From the NCBI RefSeq assembly GCF_009914755.1, contig NC_060937.1: DNA of 64,000 nt. One strand, written 5' to 3'. Shown piece after piece: positions 18,500 to 32,657 of this stretch. The position numbers were made by a program, and so were the translations under genes. The notes beneath the pieces were generated by a model. That model saw nothing but the letters and a program-made list of their open reading frames with translations. It did not search any database and was not told the origin of the DNA. The DNA comes from the human T2T-CHM13v2.0 reference genome, Homo sapiens. Position 1 is the stretch's first letter. Each line of letters opens with the position of its first letter.

Positions 18500-20810
18500 T
18501 TGAACTTTATTGAGGTATAATTTACATAACACAGTATATTCATATATTTTGACAAATGTATATAACTGTATAACCAACATAATCAAAATAAAAAATATGT
18601 CCATCATCCCAGAACGTTCTCTCCTGTCACTTTTTAATCCCTGTGTCTCCTGCCCCAAGCCCCAGGCAACCCCTCATCTCATTTCTCACACTGTAGATTA
18701 GTTTGTGGGTTTTTTTTTTTTCAAGAATTTCATGTACATAGAATCATACAGTATGTAATTGTTTTGTATTTGGTTTCTTTTGCTTTGTGTAATGTTTTTA
18801 AAACTCTTCATGTTGTTGAATATGTGAGTAATTTGTTTTTTTTTATTGCTCAGTAGTATTCACTGTATGGATATTTATATTTTGTTTATTCATCTATTGA
18901 AGGTTATTTGGGTCATTTCCAGTTTGGGGCTATTATAGATGAAGCATCTATAAACATTTATAGACAAGCCTTTGTATGGACATGTGTTTTCATTTGTCTT
19001 GGGGCAAATGACATAGGAGAGAGCTACTGCATCATATGTAAGTGTATGCGCGAATTTCCACTTGCTTAACGGTGTCATCAGCTCTTGGTATTGTCACACT
19101 TTTTAAACTTTAGCCGCTGTAGTGAATATGTAGTAGTATCTCATTATGGTTTTAATTTGCGTTTCCTTGATGACTGATGGTGTTGAACATTACTGTATTT
19201 TTTGTGTGACTTGTCCTTTCAAATACTTTGTCCACTTCCCCACACTCTTTTTAAATTTGTCTCATTGAGTTGTAAAAGTTTTTAACATATTCTGATTATT
19301 AAGCATTTGTCAGGTATATGTATTGCAAATATCTTCTGGAGTCTTGGCTTGCTTTTTTCTCTTTTTTCTTTTCTTACCTTTTTTTTGTTTGTTTGTTTTT
19401 GAGACAGGTTCTCATTCTGTTGCCCAGGCTGGCACATTCACGGCTCACTGCAGCCTTGACCTCCTGGGTTCAAGTGATCCTCTCACTTCAGCCTCTCATG
19501 TAGCTAGGACTACAGGTGCACACCACCATGCTCTGCTAATTTTTGTATTTTTTGTAGAGATGGGGTTTCATCATGTTGCCCAGGCTGGTCTTGAACTCCT
19601 GGGCTCAAACGATCTGTCTGCATTAGCCTCCCAGGATGCTGGGATTACAGGTGTGAGCCACTGCACCCACTCCTTTTTATTTTCTTAACTGTGTATTTCA
19701 AAGCAGAACATTTTAATTTAGATGAAATCCAATTAAGCTATGTGTATGTGTTTTACATCTTTGGGGTCCTGTCTAAAATCTTTGCCTAACCCAAAATTAT
19801 GAAGATTTTCTTGTTATTTTCTTCTAGAAGTTTTGTATTAACTTTCATATCTTAATGTTGAGTCTTCTAATCCATGAACTCATATTTCTTTCCATTTATT
19901 TAGGTCTTCTTTAATTTCAGCAGTGTTTTATAGTTTTCAGCATACAGGTCTTGCACATATTTTGTTAAATTTATTCCTAGGTATTTTTTGTTTTTTGATG
20001 CTTTTATTAAATGGTTTGGTTTAACCTTAATTTTTTCAGTTGTTTGTTGCTAGTATACAGAAATACAATGATTCATACATATCGACTTTATATTTCACAA
20101 CCTTGCTAAATTCATTTATTAGTTCTAGTAGTTTCTTTATCTTAATGAAGGTTCTTTAGAATTTTCTATGTCATATTATTTGCAGATAAACAGTTTTACT
20201 TTTTCCTTCCCAATCTATATCCCTTTTATCGCCTTCTCTTGCCTTATATCTAGGGCTCCCAGTATGGTGTTGAATAGGAGTTGTGAAACTGGATACACTT
20301 GCCTTATTCCCAATCTTAGAGGGAAAGCAGCCAGGCCTTTTACCATAAAGTATCATTAGCAGTAAGCTTTTAAAAAAATAAAATAGATGCCCTTTATCAG
20401 TTTGATCCCTAGTTTCTTGAGAATTTTTATCATAAACGGATGTTGAACTTTGATAAATGTCTTTTCTGCATCCATTGATATGATCGTGTGGGTTTTTTTC
20501 CCTTTATTCTGTTGATATAGTGATTAAGTAATTTTTAAATGTTGAGTCAGCCTTGCATTCACAGGACAAACCTCATTTGGTCAGTATATATAATCTTTTT
20601 AATATATTGCTTGATTTGTTAATATTTTGTTGTGAATTTTTTATTTACGTTCATGAGGGATATAAATTCATCATTTACTCTTCTTGTAACTTCTTTGGTT
20701 TCACATGAAGGTAATGCTGACCTCATAAAATGAGTTGGGAAGTGTTCCTTGCTTCTATTTTCTAGAAAAGCTGTAGGTAGTACTAATATGTTTATTCCTT
20801 AAATGTTTAG
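18500..20810 (-). mobile_element. Ancient L1M 3' portion (interrupted by Alu)
   Basis: tttattgaggtataatttacata L1M 3' end; degenerate ORF2-like sequence further right. Confidence 0.8.
19370..19670 (-). mobile_element. Alu (AluJ-like)
   Basis: Reverse-complement Alu dimer. Confidence 0.9.
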
Positions 20811-20999
20811 CAATGAAACCATTTGCGCCAGGTCCCATCTTGATCACACACAGCTGTGTCCATTTATTTATGTATGGTCTTTGGTTACTTTGTGCTACAA
20901 TGGCAAAGTTAAGTAATGTGACAGACTGTATAATCCAGAAAGCCTAAACTGTTTACTCTCAGGCCCTTTACAGAAAATGGTTTCTAACCCCTGACCTAG

Positions 21000-21460
21000 A
21001 GTAGTGATTCTCAACTCTAGCCACATATTGGAATCACCTGGAGAATGTTTGAAAAAAAATACTGTCTGGCTCTCATACCTAGAAATTCTAATTTAATGTG
21101 TTTGAGCTGAGGCTAGGCCATTGGAAGTTTCAAAAGCTCCCCAAGTGATTTGACTTGGCAGGTTGAGAACTACTGGATGAGAATAAGAGTTGGTGTTATG
21201 TATTCATTTTACTTCCCACCCCAAAGCTGATTATTCTAATGTGCATTTAGGGTTGAAAATCAGTCATCTAGGGCAGTAGTTTCCAGGTCTGGATGTGTAT
21301 CAGTCACCTGGGGAGGTTTTAGAAATACATTCCAAGACCTCACTGCAGAGCTACTGAAGCAGAATCTCTAGTACATGAGGCCAAGGATTTTTATTTTTAC
21401 TAATTAATTATTTTATTTTTATTTTTAAATTCTTCAGATGGTTCTCATATGCAGGGATTT
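21000..21460. mobile_element. Cluster of MER5-like fossils
   Basis: agtgattctcaac...gaatcacctggaga...ttgagaactactg, and a second similar unit. Confidence 0.55.
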
Positions 21461-21539
21461 CTTTAAAAGAATACTGAACCCAGGCCATGCTATTCTATTG
21501 TCAAGATTCTTGGGCATTGAATGAGTAATTAGAAGATTA

Positions 21540-21967
21540 TGAGAGGTGAAGCCAGCTGGACTTTCTGGGTCGGGTGGGGACTTGGAGAACTTTTCGGTCT
21601 TACAAGAGTATTGTAAAATGCACCAATCGGTGCTCTGTGAAAACGCACCATCTGTGCTCTGCAGCTAGCTAGAGGTTTGTAAAATGGACCAATCAGCACT
21701 CTGTAAAATGGACCAATCAGCAGGACATGGGCAGGGACAAATAAGGGAATAAAAGCTGGCCACCCCCAAGCCAGCAGCCACAACCCCCTCAGGTCACTCT
21801 CCACGCTGTGGGAGCTTTATTCTTTCGCTCTTCACAATAAATCTTGCTGCTGCTCACCCCTTGGGTCCATGCCATCTTTAAGAGCTGTAACACAGTGAAG
21901 GTCCGTGGCCTCATTCTTGAAGGCAGTGAGACCACCAACCCACCAGAAGGAACCAACTCTGGACACA
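21540..21967 (+). mobile_element. Solo LTR12F-like (HERV9) LTR
   Basis: TGAGAGGTGAAGCCAGCTGGAC...GGACACA (TG...CA termini); 4-bp TSD ATTA at 21536-39 and 21968-71; CCAAT repeats; AATAAA near 21836. Confidence 0.88.
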
Positions 21968-23359
21968 ATTATCTAGTGAGTATGGAAGTGGAGAAAAGGG
22001 ATTTAGATGTATGAGGCCGTGCAATGCAGGCTGTGGACAATCCCATTGACTAGTCCTCTGTAATGATGAGAATCTTCATTTCTAGTAGATATGGTAATCT
22101 AACCCCCTTTGTACACTGCTGGATAACATGGAACATGTTTTTTCCTCTCTGGTTTCTCTTTATCTGGGCTCCATAAAGACCAGTCCTTCCATTAACATTC
22201 TTTCTTCAGATAATCGGGTTACATGATGGGAAATTAGATTTTTTTTTTTTTCATTTCTGTTTTGAGTCTATAGTTCCCCATCCCATCAGCTTGCATGGTT
22301 CTCTAGTCTCTTCAGCACCACATTTACTAATTGTCTCTTAGGCTAGACACTTTGGAGATGGCTAAGTTCATTTGTGCTACATTTTTGCCCTTGGCCACCT
22401 CAATCTAATCTCCTGATATACTTGCTACATCTCAAATAGAGTTTTTGCTCAAGTAATCATCTGTTAACCCTTCAACTGTATTACACAGTACCTCTTCAGT
22501 TCAGATGAGATGTGTAAAATCATGGAATGTTGAGCTGGAAGAGAGTTTATAGACCATCTTGTCTAAGCTCAAAAAAGATAATAATTATAGGCAGTTAGTT
22601 GGGTACAGTTTTTTGTTAATTTGTTTTTGATGAGTACATCATGCTACCCCTGTACAATTCTTGCTTTGGGGTTTATAATCTATTACTGCAAACCCTAGCT
22701 ATGAAGTAGCTGGACTTCATTCAGTAGGGTGAAGTCCATTCATGTGTCATACTGATAGGCACTGAATAACCACGGTCCAGCCAAATCTCTGTGAGACTTA
22801 TCTTCCTCTTCTGTAAAATGAGGAGAATGAATATCTACTTTATAAACTGTAAGATGCTTTTTGTTTTGGTTTGGGAAGAACCTTGGACAGGAAGGAAAAC
22901 AAAAATGTATCAGTCAATCTGAGAATTAGTTATTACACGGGCTCCAAGCCCAGAAGATACTAGCTAAACCTAAAAGGAATGATCTTGGAAATAAGGATTT
23001 CTAGTATATTAAATTATGAGTGCTATTCACTAGTCAAGCAATCATTGATTTTCTTAAAGCCCTAAGCAATACTATAAAACAGAAGATTGTATCTACTTTC
23101 AAGAGATTACAATGAAGTTACTCATTTAGTTGCACGTTAGGGCATTTGTGTTATTATTTATGGTAACTTCGAAAATGGGAGGTATTAAAGGACCTATGAA
23201 AATACTGTAAATCAGTTTTAAAAGTGTATAAACTGGCATATTTTTCAATTTGTTTGCAAGGCTGGCTTAATGATTGGCATGATAACAGTGGTTACTCTCA
23301 TAAGGCATTAAATATATAGCTCTAAATGATTTTTACAAGTAAAAATAAAATTTTGTAGT

Positions 23360-23900
23360 CATTTAGTTTAGTTCAACAAATATTTATTGAGGATATAATG
23401 AGTAATCAAAGGTTGTCCCAGTACTCAAGGCGATGATTGTCAGGTAGCAGAAACAATTACAAGTCGATGGAAAATGCTGGGATCGAAGTGCACATAAAGA
23501 GCTATGGAAGCCCTGTAGGGACTGGGGAGTGAGGAGGGATGTCAAGAAGGCTGCTATCCAGAAGAAGCAATGTTTCGACTGAGGCTTGAAAGTTTCAATG
23601 TAATGTGGGAGGAAGAGCAAATGGAACAGTGTGTGAAAAGACATGGAGGCATGAGAACACATGGTGTTTTTAGAGACCAAGGTGGACCTCAGGATGAGCG
23701 TAAGGCAGTAAGAAATGAGATGGGAAGGAGTCAAATCATGACTGGCTTGCTTGTTTGATCATTTTCCTATGAGTGACCGTGCCGACGGATTCAAATTTAA
23801 GGAGTACAAGATCGTATTTTAAAAATGCCCTTAGCAGTATTTATAATTGAACAAGGATAGACAACAGCTGGGTAAGAAAGACTAGAGGCAGAATTCTCAG
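23360..23900 (-). mobile_element. L2 3' fragment overlapping the SLC46A3 distal 3'UTR
   Basis: ttcaacaaatatttattgag is the reverse complement of the L2 3' terminus. Confidence 0.65.
23383..23388 (-). terminator. SLC46A3: Candidate distal poly(A) signal of SLC46A3
   Basis: AATAAA on the minus strand followed by U-rich sequence. Confidence 0.6.
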
Positions 23901-24022
23901 CCAGGGATCATGGAATGTGAATATCCTTTTGCTGACACAAGGAACAAATGTTGGCTCCAAACATTAGTTACTTTATACCAGTATTAGCTGTTCATTCAGT
24001 TTTTTAACTTCTTTAGAGCAAT

Positions 24023-24028
24023 TTTATT
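24023..24028 (-). terminator. SLC46A3: Candidate proximal poly(A) signal of SLC46A3
   Basis: AATAAA on the minus strand, about 760 nt after the main stop. Confidence 0.55.
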
Positions 24029-24161
24029 TATCATCTATTTTTTCCCAATTACCCATTACATATAGAAATATTATCATGCCTGTCACCGATGAAACATATT
24101 AAGAAAAGTGAAAAATACATATTCTTTAAAGTGCCTCCCTTTTAAGGATTTTGTATCAACA

Positions 24162-24740
24162 AAGCACTGATTGTGGAATTCATGTATAGTCTTCAGAAGT
24201 CACAGTATATAAGCTCCGACTATCAATAGCAGCTTAACAGGCTCTATAAAACAAAGCATTACCAAGTATAGGTAAAATTATACATATTTGAAACTTATAT
24301 CATTATTTTCCTACCAATGAGTGATTCATCATAATTTTCATTATGCCTTCAAAATTATCCCTGAGAGAGGCCAGAAACCCATTCTGCTGATGAAGAAACT
24401 GAGGTAAAGATTTCTCTTTGGTCTCAGTGTAAGAGCCTGGAATATGTCAGAGAGATTATTGCTTTTGACCTTATCAAGTTTCTTGATCCCTCCTTACACC
24501 CTTAAGTTTTAATGTTTCTCTTCTAAGTCTAAAAGTGAGGCGTATTTGAAATTTGTTCTGTGTATTGCAAGTATATTGCATGATACGCACAAAGTGCTCA
24601 AAGTGCGTGGTACCACAAGAAGCTAAAGCCAGGAGCTGTCTCTCTGACTGTTCAGTTTAGAAGAAAAGATAGGTAAAATTGGTTCTCAGTGAAGCACTGA
24701 TTGTGGAATTCATTTATAGTCTTCAGAAGTCATGGTATAT
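24162..24740. repeat. 49-bp direct repeat pair (24162-24210 and 24692-24740), 46/49 identical
   Basis: aagcactgattgtggaattcat[g/t]tatagtcttcagaagtca[ca/tg]gtatat. Confidence 0.95.
24234..24243 (-). CDS. SLC46A3: Alternative terminal coding segment (…SDR-A-C-stop, 463-aa isoform)
   Basis: Donor AG|GTGACT at 24788/24787 overlaps the main stop. Acceptor gctttgttttatag|AGCCTGTTAA gives R-A-C-stop, matching my recall of the longer isoform. Confidence 0.75.
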
Positions 24741-24783
24741 GATATGTGCATTCATAGATTTTTTTTGTTTGTTTAAATCACAG

Positions 24784-24868
24784 TCACCTGTCTGAAGCAT
24801 CTTCACTGGATTCTTCTTGTATAAGAAGTTCATAGCTTCCCTCATTCCAGCTGGTACACTTGACAACA
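24784..24868 (-). CDS. SLC46A3: SLC46A3 exon 6 coding part
   Basis: ttccttttatag acceptor; (C)VVKCTSWNEGSYELLIQEESSEDASDR-TGA, including the YELL (YxxPhi) motif. Exon lengths 189+871+84+157+85 = 1386 nt, i.e. 461 aa. Confidence 0.96.
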
Positions 24869-25441
24869 CTATAAAAGGAAACAAGACATTTTAAAGTTGA
24901 GATTAAGACAATACATAAATAAGTAATCTGTTTTCCAACTTTTTTTCCCAGTTACATAGCTTTTAATAAATTATGCAGATTATTAGGAGGAGTATCCTGG
25001 CATTTTGAATCCAGCTGACTCATGCATGGTGTTCTTAAAATAATTTTAAAACTGCATGATTTTTTTTCTCTTCTAGACCCCTAAGGTATCCCATCTGTCC
25101 CATGGTTAACTCTGTGTAGTCCACATAAACTAGTTATAACTAAAGCTATTACTGAAGTTCCTGTTCAATAGCTATAGCTGAAGCTCAGAAGCTTGGACAT
25201 TTGGAGGTAAGACAGTATGTAATTTTGATTTTTAAAATATTGAGCAGTGTAAGGTTAAAAAAAAAGCTCAGAAGCCCATCTACTTTACCTTATTATTAAA
25301 AGGACAACTGCCTTTTATCTATCTGTTATAACAGAATTTATAAACATGTGAAGACTAAAATTAGAATTACCTATTATTCTACTCACCATGTATGCAATTC
25401 TTTTCTTTAAGTGTTATTTTCCTACTGTTTAAAAAAATCTG

Positions 25442-25570
25442 TTTTTTTTTTGGTAAAGATGGGGGTCCCACTATGTTGCCCAGATTGGTCTTGAACTCCT
25501 GGCCTCAAGCAGTCCTCCTGCCTCAACCTCCCAAAGTGCTGGGATTATAGGTGTGAGCCACGGTGCCTGC
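25442..25570 (-). mobile_element. FLAM / Alu left monomer
   Basis: Monomer with poly-T. Confidence 0.85.
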
Positions 25571-26821
25571 TACAATTCTTGTTAGTTAAGTCATTTTTCA
25601 TGAAATGGCTGTACCATCATTTACTTAAACATTCTCCCGCTGTTGGACAGTTTGGTCACTTAAAATATTTTTGCTGTAATTAACGTTTTTATATATCAAT
25701 TTTTGACAAAATTACTCATTATTTGTTTAGAGTATGTTTCTAAAAGGAATTGCTGGATCAATCACTATGAACTTTGAAAAAAGAGCTTTTGATATATTCA
25801 TGAATTGCTTTATGATACAGCTGAATAGTACTATTATCAACAATGTGTAAGATCAGTTGTCTCATGTGCTTACCAGCACAGCATGTATTGGTAATTTTGT
25901 TAATTCGATAGGTGAATAGTCTCTTTTTAAAAAAGATAACTAGTATAAATAACTTTTCATCAAAATTAGAGGAACTGCAAATACTGTTGTTCTCTGACAC
26001 AGATCTAGGTATCAGAATTCAATAGAAACAATAAGTACTGAGCTCCTACTATAAGACATGAGCCAGCCCTTTAGGGAGTTTGCCATCTTGGCAGGATGCT
26101 TAACACCTGTGCTTATAGGCACTTTCCTCCCTAACTCAGAGCCTTACCCCAAAGTGCTTAGGAGAAAGCAGAGAAGGCCTGGCTTCTTGTGGCCCCATTG
26201 CCTTGATTCCCGTCACTGTGCTATGCTATCAGCCACATGAAATGCACAGAGCTCAGCAGAAACAGATTAATGAGCTCTTCATTAATGTGTCAAATAAATT
26301 TGCTTGGACGTTTCAGCAATCATTCATCTAGTTGGCTCACATTTTTTGTTAAATAGAAAGCAAAAAGAAGGCATAAATATTGCTTTTATATTTATGCTTC
26401 CGATCTATCCATTATATGTACTATTCATAAATGGAATTTTGTGCTTCTTTAATTTGAATATTTAAATTTAAAAACATTTAAACATTAACGTTTAAACAAG
26501 TCATTAAAACAAGACAAAGTCATTAAACAAGCCAACTCTGGAAAGAGAACTCAATAGTCAGCACATCCTATCTGCTTTTGTCATTTATACAAGAATCCAT
26601 GTGAAAGTCAATCTCATTACAGCAATCTTTGACCATCAGGGGATATTGTACTCTGGGAAATCATAGTTTAAAGGTATACATCTCTAATTTTAGATGCTAA
26701 TTTAATCAATGGTTTAAAGGTGGGGAGTTATAATGAACACAATCCTTCTTTTAGTTCTTCACCCATGTCACTCTCTTTTTCTTCCTAAGTCTCCCCAAAT
26801 TATTGACAGATGCTTTCACGT

Positions 26822-26955
26822 ATTTTTATTTATTTTAATGAGATGGGGGTCTTGCTATGTTGTCCAGGCTGGTCTCAAACACCTGGGCTCAAAATCATCT
26901 TCCCGTCTCAGTCTCCTGACTAGCTGAGACTTCAGACATACACCACCATGACCGG
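26822..26955 (-). mobile_element. FLAM_A-like monomer
   Basis: Diverged Alu monomer directly 3' of the U6 copy. Confidence 0.75.
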
Positions 26956-26990
26956 TTCTCTTTTTTTTAATTAAAAAAATTTATTTTATT

Positions 26991-27095
26991 AAAATATGAA
27001 ACACTTCATGAATTTTCCTGTCATCCTTGCACAGGGAGCATGCCAATCTTCACTGTGTCATTCCAATTTTGTATATATGCTGCTGAAGCGAGCAC
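26991..27095 (-). pseudogene. RNU6-53P: U6 snRNA retropseudogene (symbol from recall of the locus)
   Basis: GTGCTCGCTTCAGCAGCATATATACAAAATTGGAATGACACAGTGAAGATTGGCATG...CATATTTT; full length with an A-rich tail. The ACAGAGA box (now ACAGTGA) and the AGC triad (now GGC) are mutated. Confidence 0.9.
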
Positions 27096-27230
27096 TTCAT
27101 GTCTAAAAGTTCTTGAGAAAAGCACGTTCTGAGGCAAAATTTCAACAGACCTATGTAATTTACTGGTGAGGTTAGGGAATTCACTTAATCCATATACCCT
27201 CTGATAAAATGATTAAAAATAATGACATAC

Positions 27231-27387
27231 CATAGACTGATGGCTGGAAGTAGTAACAGACCAGCAGACAGCAGGAAAGTGAAGCCAGGGTACCAAGCAA
27301 CAGTGGCTGAGTAAATTCCATTAAAAGTAGAAACTGCAGTGACTCCTCCAAGTGTTTCTAAGAAAGCAATACAAGCAAACAGGGTAC
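27231..27387 (-). CDS. SLC46A3: SLC46A3 exon 5
   Basis: cag|GTACC...CTATG|gtatgt; GTLFACIAFLETLGGVTAVSTFNGIYSATVAWYPGFTFLLSAGLLLLPAISL. Confidence 0.96.
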
Positions 27388-28849
27388 CTGTTTGGAGTAG
27401 GGATAGAGAGAGAGGAAAAAAAAAAGGCAGAATTACAAAACAACAAACACAAACTAATGGAGACAACTGTTACTCATTGAAAACAGTAAACATGAGGGCA
27501 CTGCTGGGTGAATGAAATGAAAGTTATTCCCTCAAAGTCCCTGAGAAGTCAGCAGCCCATTCTGCAGCTGAGGAAACTAAGGGAAAGGTTCTCCTTGGAC
27601 CTGATGTGAGAGATGTTGGAAACTCCAAATAGCTGAGTTCCAGTGTCCACAGGGCAAAGCTAAAAAGACAGTGCAGCTGACTCTTTTGATAACTGCATGT
27701 CTCTCCTCTCTGCCACAGCCCCAGGCAAAGCCACACCTACCCCTGCTCTTCAGGATGCTGTCTCCCACCCTCCAACCCCATGCTAATCTGTGACACCTGA
27801 AAGCACAGGATGGCTCCTAACAAGCAATGCTTCCTGCAAGAGCCTTTTGAAAGGTAAAGAAAACCTTCTTATCTGTTCCTCAGTCTGGCAAGTGACAGCT
27901 GCAGACAAAGAGAGGAGATTCTTATACATTCTGCAACTGGAATTTTATCCCTCTTCAAAGTCACCAAAAAATCCCATCACTACTAGATTCTGCATGTTTG
28001 ACTCATCAAATTAACCATCTTGTGCTCTAGTGAAGGTTTATGCCACAGTTTAATGTTAAGTGATTCTTTAAAACATATGTTTCCACCTTATTGCTTGCAA
28101 CTGCCTCTGCCCTAAGGTGCCTTACAAGATGAAGAGTGGGGATTCTGCTATGGTCACACTTGCTATACACCAAAGTTGGTCAAGGGTAGGCCACTCAGCA
28201 TTGTTCATGAAGTCTGCATGGTCAGTGCAAGCTCACAATCAGAGAGAAACAGACAGTATTCTACCTATGTTTAGTTTTGTCTGGAATCCAAGACCATGTC
28301 AACTGAAGAGTTAAACTTCCAAAAGACAGGCTGGCCATCTTCATGTGCTTTTCTTCCTCTTTGTCAAATTGCTCATCATCAGATATAAAATTTCATGACC
28401 ATTTTCAGTCAGATTGACCTGGCTTTCTTGGTCTCAGTTCCTATATATGTAGCTTCTGCTTTCTGCAGATTTTGTCAACAAGTCACTATGCTTGTTCCCT
28501 ACTTTGCCAAGTTTACTTTTCCATGAAAAACTGCAATGCATTTTTCTTACTGACAATACAAATCATGTAAATAATTGTGTTTGCTTGGACTGATAGGAAG
28601 GAAATGGCCAAGCTTGAGGGTTATCTTTCAAAGTTAGATATGGCTTATGTGTATATTCTAATTTTCCCCATGGTCTTCATCTTTTAGACTGTGTATTGAT
28701 TTTTATCTATTTAAACTTTTTCATTTTATTGTACATATTCTCATATATTGCTTCAAATTATTCATTGAATGATAGGACAAACATTCATAAAACATACGTC
28801 TATCTCTGCAAAATATCGTGTGCTCACTTATGTGTCTTCTTTTGACTAA

Positions 28850-28967
28850 AATGAAAGCTTTGTCGATCTGCCTTGTACATCTGCCTTGCTCACAGCTGTA
28901 TCCCTAGGGCTCAGCTGTCCGGGTGCATGGCAGACATTTAATAAATATTTGTCAAATGAATGAATCA
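28850..28967 (+). mobile_element. L2 3' end fragment
   Basis: aataaatatttgtcaaatgaatgaat. Confidence 0.6.
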
Positions 28968-29856
28968 AAGCTTAATTCAGGATCCCATTTACCAGTCATC
29001 AAGTAGCATGCAGACTTACTGCCTCCATGATTTATGATAATACATTAAGTCAGTTTAATTGGAAGGATGTTCTTCTACTTGTCTAACTACATTATTTTCT
29101 TTTATTTCTGATCTCTTTCTGCAGCCAGGAATAGTGCTATGGAAAACAGACTGCACAGTACTAGTTCTATTATGTAAGAGTTTTAATCTATTCTTGATGG
29201 GAAATAGGTCAGACACTGCACCATCTGTTCTGATGGAACCATACTATTATGAAGTAGCTTTAGCTTATTGCCCAACTTCTCTGAGCAGTTCGACTTGTTT
29301 AATAGTTGCCAGAGATAAAACAGGATTAAAGGATAAGTACAACTGAGTTCATCTTCTAAATTCTGTTTTTTTTTAATGCAATAGACCTCAAAAATCAAGT
29401 CTGTTTTACTGTCTCCCAATTTATAATAACAAGGAGTATATGGGTGATGCCCAGGTAAAATAGTCCAAGGCAGCTTCAGCTATGAGTTCACAGTGGTGCA
29501 GAGCGCAGAGATTGCAAAATAATTACCAGAATTCCACTTTCTTACCTTTCTTATTTAAGATAATAGAAATAATGAGAGCCACCTGAAAACTTCGGCAGTA
29601 TTTCCCCACTCCTCTGATTATTTAAAGTGCCTAATATTTTCACAAAATGGCCAATTTAAATAATAATGAAGGATGCGAATACATTTAGTTATAGAAATGT
29701 TGACATCATCCAAAAGATTGTTTAGTTTGCAGTTAAGAACAAAGTAAGTATCCTAGAATAATGAAGTCACAATTCACAGTTACCGTAATTCAAAATAAGA
29801 AATGCCAAAATGTAAACATTTTAAAATATTACTATATTTAACAGTATGATATGACT

Positions 29857-30853
<997 letters not shown>

Positions 30854-30949
30854 TTTTAAAAAGCCTTTATAAACTAAACCAAATATAAACAAAAATAAAC
30901 TATACCTCTTGACAGCTCTATTTTAGCTCTAAGTCAAAGCAGGTAAATT

Positions 30950-32200
<1,251 letters not shown>

Positions 32201-32311
32201 CAGATAGATTTTTACATAGTTTATATAAATTTTTCCATTTGTTATTGGTTTTCAAAGCAATCATCATCACATCATCTATAAACAGATGTGTGAATATATA
32301 GCTACATCTTA

Positions 32312-32657
<346 letters not shown>

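Noticed and set aside
23443-23515. Further possible SLC46A3 terminal acceptor (ccctacag|GGCTTCC)
   Set aside because: Only a plausible AG inside an L2 fragment; no supporting evidence.
26991-27095. Functional U6 snRNA gene
   Set aside because: Catalytic motifs are mutated, there is an A-rich tail, and I see no upstream PSE/TATA.
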